Assembly: GCA_004764695.1 (NCBI GenBank) | Contig: SMSO01000034.1 | Location: 2,418,001-2,482,000 of the forward strand | Source of the DNA: Schizochytrium sp. TIO01 | Taxonomy: Eukaryota; Protista; Bigyra: Labyrinthulomycetes | Direction of reading: 5' to 3' | Length of the DNA stretch: 64,000 nt | Part shown: positions 24,567 to 35,418 of the stretch, in pieces | Layout: every line of letters begins with the position of its first letter | Position numbering within the stretch: position 1 is the first letter of the stretch | Position numbers and translations under genes: made by a program | The notes under the pieces: model-generated | Database searches by the model: none | Told to the model about the DNA's origin: nothing | Seen by the model: the letters and a program-made list of their open reading frames with translations, nothing else

Positions 24567-26720
24567 ATGGATACTCCTCATGAACAGAAGCGGCAAAGGT
24601 CAGATAGTGTTGGCTCTCTCTCTACTACCGGCGGGTATGCTTCTGACTCCCAACACTCGCCCAAGCGCCGTCTGAAAGAAGCTGTGCTAGACAAGCTTGA
24701 GGACAGTGACAGCGACGATGACCTTATTTTATGCATTGGGAACCATCTCTCAACACCAAAGGCAATATCTCGCAGAACGTTGGATAAAACAGCTGCCGAT
24801 GCATCGTCAATTTCCCCAGCTCTTCCGCCAAAGTCCATAGGATCCTCAGAATTGAAATCCAGAGAAATTAAGATCTGCAAGGTAGAAAAGGACAGCAGTC
24901 AAGTCGAAATGAAGAAAGTAGCAAGCATAAAGACACCTGCAGCTGCATGTTCTCCAGTTCGAGAGATTGAAAGTACAGTTAACGTTGTCGACGAAACCCA
25001 AACTGAATCTACAAGGATCTCAGATGGTGATCAAGAAAAAAGTATATCACAAAGCGCCCCAGAGTACTGTTCTGAAGGCACTAGAAGTCCATCGAGTATT
25101 GATAATGGACATTCGTGGAACGATGCATATCTAGATGATATGTACGATTATAATTCTGATGAAGATGTTGAGGACTTTGAAAAATACAAAGCCCCTCCTG
25201 CTCAATCTAAATCTTCTGAGAAAGAGAAAGCATCATCTGCAGATAGTAGTGAAGGCCCCAATCCTCAATCAATACAGGATGAAAACAAATCGCTGAAAGT
25301 GCTACGGAAGAATTTTTGGTCCTCTATATCTGAACGTGCCGAGGCTGAGGAATATGCGAAGACATCGTCGTTATGCCAAACCAACACATCTTCCGGGACA
25401 GAGAACGATGTATTAGACAGACCTATCTACAACTCGTCAAAAACCGCCAATTCTGCTCATCAAAAGGAACACACAATAAATTCTTCCTTTCCAGTGCAAT
25501 CTAAATCACAATCCGATAGACTTTCGAATACCACAGAGGCTGGCCACACTTGCGATTTAGCAAGCCCCTCACCGGCCCGAAACTTTGAGGCAAAGCAAGC
25601 GCTGCATCAGACAAGTTTATCGCACGGCACCCAAAGAAGGACTCCGGAGCAGGCTTCTAATTCGTCATGCCCCAAGCCACCTTCCATGGCAAATACTGCC
25701 GGTCAGTCAGTAAACAGTCCCAATTTGGTGTCTAATCATTTTTCTAATCATTTTGGTGATCCCACAGCTGAAAGTTCGTCAAGTACAAGCCAGATCACGA
25801 CTTCTAACCAGGTGCAAATGTCTTCTTCTGTATCACATACGCCTTCTCAGTCTTCACGACCCCCGCCTTTACGTCAATCCAGTAGGTGGTCAGCAAACCC
25901 TGAACGAGCCACTATTCAGCGCGCTCGCACCATGATTCGCTACTTGAATAGGTGCTATCAACGCTGGAACGAGGAATGTCCTGATGATTCAATGGTCGAA
26001 ATCGACATAGGTCCAGCTAGTCGAGGAGCGGGGGCTGCTAGTTCATATCTTGGGGGTTCAGGTCCAGAAAAGGGGAAATTGCTCACCTATATGCGGCCTA
26101 GCAACAAAGCGTTTTTAGATGCCGTAATGGAAGAGCTTCGCATCGCAAACAACCAAGATGCCACAGCTATTGTGAACGCTGCTATTGGAGATCCAAAATC
26201 TCTGTTTACGATGAAGGAGTTAAAGTTAGCCCAATTTGTGAAGCCCGGTTACCCTGGAAAGTACTCCTACACTGGTAAGTTACGCTTTACACCCTCGGCA
26301 CTTGCCCCACCGGTAGTATCATCAAAACACGAGCCACGACGTCCCGACATACCGCGAGAACAGCAACGATCGAATTTTTCAAACACTTCTAGAACCTCTT
26401 CTGGAGAATGCCAACAATGCTTTAACATGAAGCGACGTCTCATTACGCTCCAAAACGAGACCGTGGTTATGCACACTGAGCTAGAAGCCTTAGAAAATGC
26501 GTCAGCAAGGGAAAATTCGATCCTCAAAATGGAGCTAGAAGCAAGGGAGACCTCCGCGAATCGCGAAAAACTGCTGCTGAAAATGGAAGTCCAAGATGTC
26601 AAGGAGAGGTTTAAACTCCTTGTAAAGTACTACGAAAGTCAGCAACTCTTGAACCCTGGATCAGTAACGATTCCTTCATGGGCTAAAGCCTATGCAGACA
26701 CAGAATGCTCAAAGTCTTGA
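24567..26720 (+). CDS. Hypothetical ~717-aa protein: disordered region, unassigned ~130-aa domain, CxxC, coiled coil
   Basis: Long ORF. The track start at 24537 is GTG; the first ATG is at 24567. Domain clearly homologous to that in 28283..29509. Confidence 0.85.
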   Translation: MDTPHEQKRQRSDSVGSLSTTGGYASDSQHSPKRRLKEAVLDKLEDSDSDDDLILCIGNHLSTPKAISRRTLDKTAADASSISPALPPKSIGSSELKSREIKICKVEKDSSQVEMKKVASIKTPAAACSPVREIESTVNVVDETQTESTRISDGDQEKSISQSAPEYCSEGTRSPSSIDNGHSWNDAYLDDMYDYNSDEDVEDFEKYKAPPAQSKSSEKEKASSADSSEGPNPQSIQDENKSLKVLRKNFWSSISERAEAEEYAKTSSLCQTNTSSGTENDVLDRPIYNSSKTANSAHQKEHTINSSFPVQSKSQSDRLSNTTEAGHTCDLASPSPARNFEAKQALHQTSLSHGTQRRTPEQASNSSCPKPPSMANTAGQSVNSPNLVSNHFSNHFGDPTAESSSSTSQITTSNQVQMSSSVSHTPSQSSRPPPLRQSSRWSANPERATIQRARTMIRYLNRCYQRWNEECPDDSMVEIDIGPASRGAGAASSYLGGSGPEKGKLLTYMRPSNKAFLDAVMEELRIANNQDATAIVNAAIGDPKSLFTMKELKLAQFVKPGYPGKYSYTGKLRFTPSALAPPVVSSKHEPRRPDIPREQQRSNFSNTSRTSSGECQQCFNMKRRLITLQNETVVMHTELEALENASARENSILKMELEARETSANREKLLLKMEVQDVKERFKLLVKYYESQQLLNPGSVTIPSWAKAYADTECSKS

Positions 26721-28282
26721 GAGTTTACCTCGAGAATTGTCTTTTCCTGACAACCAGCACAACCCAAATAATGATTCTGATAGAAACTAGTCTGAAATTA
26801 TCTAATTTAAATATAGAATTGGATCTTCTTATTCACATAATCTACAAACCATGGCACGAATAAACTCGGCTTTGAAAGCTGAAATGGGTAGTCTTGAAGA
26901 TTCCTTGGTGTATAACGCATGGACTTTGCCTCGTACTTCGCATATACATGTGAATTGAAATAGTTTATGTTGTCTTCTCAGTGCTGTTTATTTGCCGCCT
27001 CCAGTGTTGGGATGACTAGTCCATACAACACTGACTCACGATTGTTGAGATTAGAACTCCGTATAATTTTCTGTGCTTGGAATTCGTTTCGTAGCACAGT
27101 CTCGCTAGCACAGCACAAAGCTGAAACAACTTGAAGTGTAATAGTGAACGGAAAGAGCAACAGTATCAACCATGTACAAGAGACATCAGCCGTCAAGTTT
27201 TGGGAGCTACTTTGTACGTACTGTTTCTTCCATCACCGATTCAAAAAAGGTGCAAGCCCAAAACAGTCGCTATGAGCAGGCATCGTTCGATGAATGCAAA
27301 GTAAAACGTCAAAAAGCAAAGATTGAGCCCCTTTTACCATATTCATCAACAAACAGGTTTCATAAGTTTGGTTTCCTTCGGTTACTTGTTCTTTTTCTTT
27401 TGGAACTTGGACGCTCTCAAATCATTAAAAAAGGCAGACTAAAAAGAAAAAAGATATTTTTTTTTAAATTTTTTTTCATGTTTTGACGTTTTAAAAAAAT
27501 TAAAAAGTTCCGCACACTGCACTTTGCTTTATTTCATTTGAGTGCAACTCAGCCTGGTCTGCCATGCTCGCAGTAGCATCTTGAAGTGCATAGTTGCCAT
27601 GCAGTGCAGCATCTCCATGACGAACCTTCGTTTGTTCTCTAATCAAGCTAATAATGGACCTGAGGCCTTTGCCAAGCTTCAGGCCGCAGGGAACTCACTC
27701 ACTTACTCGCTCTCAGCATGAACTTCTCCCTCTTGGGCTTATAGTACTTATCTAGTTACAACGCTAAGGTTCCTCTTTTAAAACAAATCGGTGTGCTGGA
27801 TGAGAGCGCTTCAGTTAGGGCGAACGACTTAAAGATGTCTCGTTTAGATTAAGGATACCTACCTCTGAAGAGGCGTGTCGGAAATTACTACATTCTTGAC
27901 CCACTCGAAGCTTGCTAAGACCCTTTAGCTTATGCTAGCACAGCACAGAGTATGGCGCAGCTCTGCAGAGGGTTTGCCACTGCGAGTCTGTGAGAGCGGA
28001 TACACTCTAAGAGCGAAGTGCTCCACTACAGTGAACTCTAAGAGTTATATAGGACCGTGCGCTCTCAATATTGAAGGGCTCTCGAAGCAGGCCACCGTCG
28101 AAGAGGCAAACCAAACTCAGATTGTTGAAGACTAGAAGGTAGACTTGCGTCGTGTTGCGAGTCCGCAGCACTCAACGCCTGGGCTTGCTAAAGTAAGAAA
28201 CAAGGATCAGGGATCGTATCTGCAAAGATGGGTGACGAGCACCCTAAAATCGTTGTGAAGCAGGAGGAGGACAGCAGCAGCG

Positions 28283-28694
28283 ATGCTGATTTCCCCGACA
28301 AGAGCAGCCGGCGATAGCTTCAACTCGGGAGAAGGCATGCCGACTGAGACTCTCAGGAGCCGGAAAAGAGAGCGCATGGAGAGATCTCGTACACACGAGC
28401 AGAAGGTTAACGATAAGATACGTACGCCACCCTCCCAGACAAGCTCTGAGAGAGGTTATCCCAACCCAATTCGCAGAAGTGACAGCGACGTATGCTCAAA
28501 TACGAAGGGGTCTACCAGATTGCCCAAAAGACGGTGTACAAAATCGGTAAATTATAAGGAAATTGAACCTTCTGATGACGACCACGAAGTCGATTATGAG
28601 TGCTGTTCCCAACACAGTGGCAGGTCAGCAACCAATAGTGTCAAGCCGACGCAGAGAAGCAGCAGAAGTAGCAACAGCAGCAACAACAACAACG

Positions 28695-28753
<59 letters not shown>

Positions 28754-29509
28754 GGTGCCAATCAGCCAAGTGCGGTCTCTCATAAAGTGACACCTAAAAA
28801 AACTTGGATGGATCTTGCAAAAGCCAAACGAGCTAGGAGGCGCTTAATGATTAAATACTTAAACAGGTGCAAGCAGCGGTGGAGAGACGTGTACGACCCA
28901 TCAAGTGGTGGTGAGAGCAAAGTGATCAAGATTAAGATCACACATGCTGCTCGAGGCGCAGGTGCAGCAAGCGTCTATCTCGACGGATCGGACGCTGAGA
29001 AGAATACGCTCGTAAAAGGACTGCGACCAACCAATAAACTGTTCTTGGACTCCGTGATTGAAGAGCTCGATGGTCAGGACTCAGAGAACATTGCCCATGC
29101 CCTTAATGCAAAAATTGGGGATCCTGTTTCGATCTTTAGGATTGACCAGTTTAAGTTGAAGAAAACTCAAAAAAATGGAGACAAAAGAAAGTATAACTAT
29201 TCTGGCTACATACATTTTACAGCCTCTGATTTACCAGAAAATTCTTCAGATTATGTGAAGAACGAGGTCTCACGAGACAGAAACCCAGAGAAAGATGTAC
29301 CGAAACCTCGTGAAACAATAACATCACAAACTTGTCAACCATCGTGCGAGGCTGCAAAGTACAAAAGGTTGTTCAATGAAGAAAAGAAAAAGTCAGAACG
29401 ATTAAGATCCGAAAATTCAAAACTTCAAAAAGAGATGAACGACCTAAGAGAAAAAGAAGAGCGACTTCGACTCAAAATTGAGAACATATTGAATGCTGCC
29501 AACAATTGA
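28283..29509 (+). CDS. Hypothetical 408-aa paralog of 24567..26720 (true start uncertain)
   Basis: Shares MIxYLNRCxQRW, RGAGAASxYL, RPxNKxFLDxV, IGDPxSxF and KYxYxGxxxFTxS with the upstream gene. C-terminal coiled coil. Confidence 0.85.
28670..28750 (+). repeat. (AGC/AAC)n trinucleotide tract encoding poly-Ser/Asn
   Basis: Direct reading inside the 408-aa ORF. Confidence 0.9.
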
Positions 29510-30563
29510 AGGTTATTGTCACAATTGTCTTTCCTTATTACGAGGAATACACTTAAACACCTTGTAGGTAGTATTTTATATTGAATTTTTTTTTCCCCCT
29601 AAAACCATAATGTTTATTCCTCAATCATAGAAGCGCAGAGACTTGCTTGATTAAAAATGGGTTTTGTTGATGTAGTTATTTCTTGTGGTTTGTTTGTAAA
29701 CGTTTTCTCTCGGGGCGAGTCAGAAAACGTTAGCTACAGTTTCACGTGTTCTTATCGGCGATGCACCCTGCTATGTCAGAGTGCACGGCCCTTGTAAAGG
29801 CCATTGGTTCCTATGACACTCTTACCTTTTCATCTAATAGAGCCTTTTATACTGTGAGAGTATGCAAACACTATCAGTTTCTTGAAACCCCATTCAGCTT
29901 TGCTTCAGCTGCTTTCGTTTCGTGTTGAAGCGGTGCAGTTTCACTGCCATGCACTCACATTGGGTTTGTAGAAGTCTGAATGGTAGCTCTAGGTCCCAAT
30001 AGCCGCGGTGAAAGTTATGGGCTGGTTTGGTCCCTTTCGATACCTCCTATAAAGATAAGTGCGTCTGAAGGTAAAACAAACTATAACTTGAAGACAATAC
30101 AAATTAATTAAAAGTAAAAGATGCAAAATAAAATGCTCGCTCGTTCAGTCTTGAGATGGGAAAGTACAATAAGAACCAGTAGACCGTGTATGAGCGCAAA
30201 TGTAGAGGTTCCTAGAAAGTCGAGTTTCATTCCAAACTACTAGCCGGGCTAGTCATGATTGATTCTTCACCTCACTTTACAGTTACACCTACTGTTATAC
30301 CCATGTGCTATGCGGGAGATCTTCTGTATTTGATAGGCAAGCGTACGAGGGTCGAAAAGGCGCAGCGCGTGAAAGGAAGAAATGTCTCGAGAAGCTGGCA
30401 GTTATGATTTGCAAATAAGCCTCTGATGAAGAAGTCCTCCTGAAGAGTATTCTGCATGAAAGCAAAACCCGAGCCTCGGTTCGAGGCGCGCAGGGCTTCA
30501 AGTCGTTGTGAAGGTTTGATTGCTATTTTATTGCATTACGCTGCGTTCCATTGCGATACTAAT

Positions 30564-33500
30564 ATGGAGATTACTCCAATAGGGGACGATGAGGATATTG
30601 AGCTTGTGCTGCGACTAGTGCGCAAAGTATCCAATCTGCTGCATAGTGCGAGAACCTGCAAGCACAAGGCTTCTCATCTTGAAATGCTTGTGGAGAAATT
30701 ATCTCGGAAACTTGAACAGCCCCAGGCCGGAAACATTGACACCCTAGTTCTTGAGGCGACGCTGCGCGAAATCATTGCCATTTTGCAACCTTACTTTATT
30801 GAGACGCGAGGGCCTGCCAGCGTCATCCTAACACTTTTGCATAGCCGTCAGGCTTATCAAGCTCTGCTTGATGCCGAAGACCGTATATTTACAATGCTCA
30901 AAGTCTGTCAGCTCAGCCTGGGTGATCTGCATCGAAGACCCGAGAAGGATATAGATCATCGAGATATTGAAGACGACCATAGCTTACTTACACAGCTTCT
31001 CGAACAACGTATCGAAAAGGGCTCCTACAGTGAACATGATTTACAGATCGTTATAGAGCTCTTAGAGAAGCAACACGGTGTTGATACCATTTCTGTTCTT
31101 GATAGATCGTATGGCACACGACGTGAATGTCAAGCTATGCAAGCGTTGTTTGCCTATTTACTTAAAGAGCAACGCTACGAAATTGCTACTCTTTCAAGAG
31201 AGAGTATACTCAAAATTGACACAAGCAATACTCTGGGCCACGGTCATTTTGGGCAAGTATTGCAAGGTGCTATCGTTGATGACTTGGGCATCAGGTTTAG
31301 TGTTGCTCTCAAACGTGTACGTCCATCAAGGGACTACCTCCCATTGCATGAGCAAAGATCACTTCTTCTTGAGGCAGAACTGTCGCGTGGCCTCAAACAT
31401 AAGAACCTTGTCAATTTTCACGGTAGTTCTGTTGTGGATGGGCATTTATATCTTGTCATGGACCTCTGTGACTTTTCTCTAGATGACTTACTATATGATG
31501 CTGGAGCTCGAGGGCCAACTAAGCTTTTGATCAAAGACAAAGAAGCAATACTACGAGGTATCGCTCGCGGATTATCTTACCTTCATAACAAAGGCATTAT
31601 TCATTGTGATCTAAAGCCGACTAACGTTTTGCTTAGAGCGGATCTTGGACTTGTTAAGTTATCGGGTTTTGGTCTCAACACATTTAACTCCAATGCAGCC
31701 TTAGTTGGCACACCTGCATACAAAGCACCTGAAGTGATTCAAGCCCCAGCACGCTGGACCAAGCAAGCTGATATATATTCTTTTGGAATGGTCATGTGGG
31801 AGATCTACCATGAACGGTGCCCCTTCTCATCTCTGCATACGGCGACCGATCTTGAAGCTCGTGTTCTGAACGGTGATCGGCCCATTCTTAACCTTCCCGA
31901 TGATAAGTCAGCCATAGATATAGTTGAAATGATCGAAGAATGCTGGGAACATAATCCTTGGGACCGACCACTTGCTTCTGAAGTTCTCAAGAAACTTGAG
32001 AACCGTCGCTTTCGAAACAGGAAACGAGGCTCAGTGAAAATAATTCAAGGCTTAATGGCGACAATGACCAAGAACAGAAGCCACAATGATCGAGAGTCTG
32101 CTCGTGTAGAAAGTATAGACATTGTACAATATCTATTGCAGGACCTTGTCGACGACACTGGTCTGTATGGCCGTTTACATACATTAAAGGCTCTGCATGC
32201 GGGCTTGAAACAAGAAAGAAATGCTCTAATATCTGACGACCTTCGTGCAGAGGTCAGGAGTCGGGGAGTTACCTTGCAAATAAGCAAATTATTACAAGAG
32301 TTCGACCAAGAACCAGAAGTATACTGTCATGCTTTGTGGGTTCTTTATTATGCTCTCACAGGCAGCAGTGATACAATTTCTTTTCGTGAAGCGGCAGTAC
32401 AAGACTACCACATTGTTGAGACTACGTTAGTGCTAATGCATGACCACTACGATAATGCGGATTTGTTAGCTGCTGCGTTAGGTGTTTTCCAGAACCTCTT
32501 GCATGCATCTGAGCGTAACACCGAAATATTGGGGCAAGGGCTTGACGTCGGATCTGTCATTGTCGATGCTATGCAAGATCATCCAGAGCACCAGGGTATT
32601 CAAGAGCACGGATGCGGTGCACTTTGGAAGCTAGCAACAAACGAGCGTAATCGAGAATTACTTGGACTAGAATTAGATGCAGGGTTTGTGGTCCTGGCTG
32701 CGATGCAAAATCATAGTTCTCAAGATTTACTCCAAGAAAATGCCTGCGGTGCGCTCTGGAACCTTGCAATAAACACAAAATATTGCAAAATTCTTTGCCA
32801 TAAGTACAATGTCACTGAGATAATTACTCAAGCTATGGACGTTCATAGATTCCAAGCCGGAGTGCAAGAACAAGCATGTGGCGCACTTTGGCACCTCGCA
32901 CGAAATGGTACTAACAACAAGAAGCTTTTGATAAAGGACCCCTCTATTGGACATGCTCTTGTGAAAGCAATGCAGACACACCAAAGCAACACTAATATTC
33001 AACGACTAGCTTGTACAGTCATCTGGAATCTAGCAGTCGATGAAACAAATTGTGAGCTTCTTGGTCAAGATCTTAATATTGGTGTGGAGATCATCGCTGC
33101 CATGCAAAAGCACCGATCAAATGCCCTCTTGCAACAACACGCCTGTATTGCACTACGTAATTTAGCTGTGAATCCGTATAACCAAGCATTACTTGGGCTA
33201 GAGCTTAAAGCTGGAGCAGCGATCATGTTTTCAATGCAAGCGCACTGGAGCAACGCGAAAGTGCAAGAGACTGCCTGTATGGCTCTGTGGAACCTTGCCT
33301 GGGATACACAAAATCAAGATTTATTTACGCAGCAGTTGAATATTGGAGAGACGCTTGTACTTACTATGCGTAAACACCCAGACAATGTTGGTGTGCTCGA
33401 AAACGCATGTTCTGCTTTACGAAATTTGGCTGCAAATATGCATCATAAAGAAAATATAGCTCAAGAGGTTTTGTCGGTTATGCAAAAACATCTAACATAT

Positions 33501-34601
33501 GCTGGCATTCAAGAACAAGGTTGCGCCGTGCTACGCAACCTTGCAGCTAAGGAAGAACTTGAGAAGGTGATAGGCGATATTGATGGTCTTGTAAAGATTA
33601 TAATCAGGACCCTGCAGACCCATCGATTCGACTCAGGCGTACAAGAGAATGCTTGTGCGGTCTTACGTAACATAGAAATGACGGTTAAAAATCAAGAGAT
33701 TCTTGGTCAAACTCTCAATGTTGGCCAAGAATTAGTTGTAACAATGCAAACACATCGTCAATGTGCTGCTGTGCAAGAGAATGCTTGTGCCGTGATACGT
33801 AATCTTGCGATGAATGCTCAGAACAAAGAAATCCTTTGTCAACAGCTTAGCGTGGGATACGAAATTATAATGGCCATGCAAATTCATCTTAAGGATGCTG
33901 GGGTACAAGAGCAGGCTTGTGCCGCTCTTCGCAACCTTGCTGTGAATGCTCGAAATCAAGAAATTCTAGGTGGCGAGCTCAATGTAGCTGACGAACTCAT
34001 AGAAGTCATGCAAGCGCATCGAGACTGTGCAGTTGTACAAGAGCATGCTTGCGCTACGATTCGGAACCTTTCTTGGAATGCGCGTAACAAGGAGATTATT
34101 GTGCAAGAATCGCAGACAGCCAGAGAGATTATCATTGCAATGCAACGCCATTGGAACAACGCAGAATTGCAACGATTGGCCTGCACTGCCCTTCGCAACC
34201 TTGCTGCAAATAGTGAAAATCAAAGGATTCTTGGTCAAGAGCTCAACGTTTGTGATGAAATTGTAGTAGCTATGCAGGCTCATCGTGACAACGCTGCCGT
34301 GCAGCGCCTCGCGTGCGGAGCTCTGAAAAGTTTAGCCAAGAATGCACGCAATTCTAAACTTCTTTGTCGCGAGCTCAACATTGGCAAGGTTCTTGCTACA
34401 GCTATGCACGCTCACCCATACAATGCAGAGGTGCAAGAAAATGCTTGCCGAACTTTGCGAAATTTGGCGCAGCACAGTAAGTCTAGAGATTCCCTGCGGA
34501 GGCAAGGTGTGTTAGATGAAATCAAGCGGGCCATGGATAGATTTCCTGCGCTTCGTTCCCCACCGGAAGCGCTCCAGAGATTGTCTTCCTTCTCAACCTA
34601 A
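30564..34601 (+). CDS. MLKL-like helical bundle / pseudokinase / ARM-repeat protein (16 clear repeats)
   Basis: Likely start MEITPIG at 30564 by alignment with the paralogs. Kinase motifs GHGHFG, VALK, HCDLKPTN, VKLSGFG (no DFG Asp) and YKAPE. Mostly 44-aa repeats with QExACxAL(W/R)NLA. Confidence 0.9.
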   Translation: MEITPIGDDEDIELVLRLVRKVSNLLHSARTCKHKASHLEMLVEKLSRKLEQPQAGNIDTLVLEATLREIIAILQPYFIETRGPASVILTLLHSRQAYQALLDAEDRIFTMLKVCQLSLGDLHRRPEKDIDHRDIEDDHSLLTQLLEQRIEKGSYSEHDLQIVIELLEKQHGVDTISVLDRSYGTRRECQAMQALFAYLLKEQRYEIATLSRESILKIDTSNTLGHGHFGQVLQGAIVDDLGIRFSVALKRVRPSRDYLPLHEQRSLLLEAELSRGLKHKNLVNFHGSSVVDGHLYLVMDLCDFSLDDLLYDAGARGPTKLLIKDKEAILRGIARGLSYLHNKGIIHCDLKPTNVLLRADLGLVKLSGFGLNTFNSNAALVGTPAYKAPEVIQAPARWTKQADIYSFGMVMWEIYHERCPFSSLHTATDLEARVLNGDRPILNLPDDKSAIDIVEMIEECWEHNPWDRPLASEVLKKLENRRFRNRKRGSVKIIQGLMATMTKNRSHNDRESARVESIDIVQYLLQDLVDDTGLYGRLHTLKALHAGLKQERNALISDDLRAEVRSRGVTLQISKLLQEFDQEPEVYCHALWVLYYALTGSSDTISFREAAVQDYHIVETTLVLMHDHYDNADLLAAALGVFQNLLHASERNTEILGQGLDVGSVIVDAMQDHPEHQGIQEHGCGALWKLATNERNRELLGLELDAGFVVLAAMQNHSSQDLLQENACGALWNLAINTKYCKILCHKYNVTEIITQAMDVHRFQAGVQEQACGALWHLARNGTNNKKLLIKDPSIGHALVKAMQTHQSNTNIQRLACTVIWNLAVDETNCELLGQDLNIGVEIIAAMQKHRSNALLQQHACIALRNLAVNPYNQALLGLELKAGAAIMFSMQAHWSNAKVQETACMALWNLAWDTQNQDLFTQQLNIGETLVLTMRKHPDNVGVLENACSALRNLAANMHHKENIAQEVLSVMQKHLTYAGIQEQGCAVLRNLAAKEELEKVIGDIDGLVKIIIRTLQTHRFDSGVQENACAVLRNIEMTVKNQEILGQTLNVGQELVVTMQTHRQCAAVQENACAVIRNLAMNAQNKEILCQQLSVGYEIIMAMQIHLKDAGVQEQACAALRNLAVNARNQEILGGELNVADELIEVMQAHRDCAVVQEHACATIRNLSWNARNKEIIVQESQTAREIIIAMQRHWNNAELQRLACTALRNLAANSENQRILGQELNVCDEIVVAMQAHRDNAAVQRLACGALKSLAKNARNSKLLCRELNIGKVLATAMHAHPYNAEVQENACRTLRNLAQHSKSRDSLRRQGVLDEIKRAMDRFPALRSPPEALQRLSSFST

Positions 34602-35378
34602 AATGAAAAGATTCGCCATTCATATACTAAAGAGCCTACTTTGTGCCACATCTTTCTTGCCTCTTCCAAGAGAACGGCAACTTTTTTCATCAGCCGTACA
34701 TGCGTGCAGATTCGAGTGGCCTGTACTCGAACCACAAGGACAAAGGTCTAGTCTTTAAAGGCCAGGCATGGTAGCGTCTGGCAGCCACTGATTTCGAGAC
34801 ATTGGCATGACAAAACAGCTGTCGCAGAACTTCTCACAGCATAGACAAAGAATCTTTTGACTCTATCCTTGCTGCAGTAGGCGTAGTAGTGATCGAAGGT
34901 TAAGCCTCGTACTTGTAGCATTCTGATGGTCATCACCCTCGCTAGATTAGGAACAAAAGAGGTCTCACGACCTTTCATTTGCTGATTGCTTTGGTGGTAC
35001 GTGCTACTTGCTGTCTGCCTCTGGGCCACTGGGCCTCCCCTTGTGGGTCTTGGCATTCGCATTCTAGATAGCGAGCCCATGCTCTCTTTACTGGCGATTT
35101 CGAGCCCCATTCACAATCATGACTAAAAATGACCATGACGATGATGGATCTTCACTGTGCAATTGTTTTGCGCTCTGCTGTGACTGTGACGTTGGCGAAC
35201 CATCCTCGAACGATGCCTCCGAAAGGGTGTCGTGAACCAAGATTCGTTCAATTGCCTTTAGGCGTTAATTGCCGAGCTGTCTCCACCACATGGAACAGCC
35301 AAGGACCTTCTAACTGCCCCCAATCATTCGCAACTTAGGCGAGAGTGAGGCTGTTACGAAGTAAAATGAAGGACTTCG

Positions 35379-35418
35379 TCGCAGCACGTATCGATCGCAG
35401 CACGTATCGATCGCAGCA
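35379..35418 (+). repeat. 16-bp tandem duplication (TCGCAGCACGTATCGA) x2.5
   Basis: Direct reading. Confidence 0.85.
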
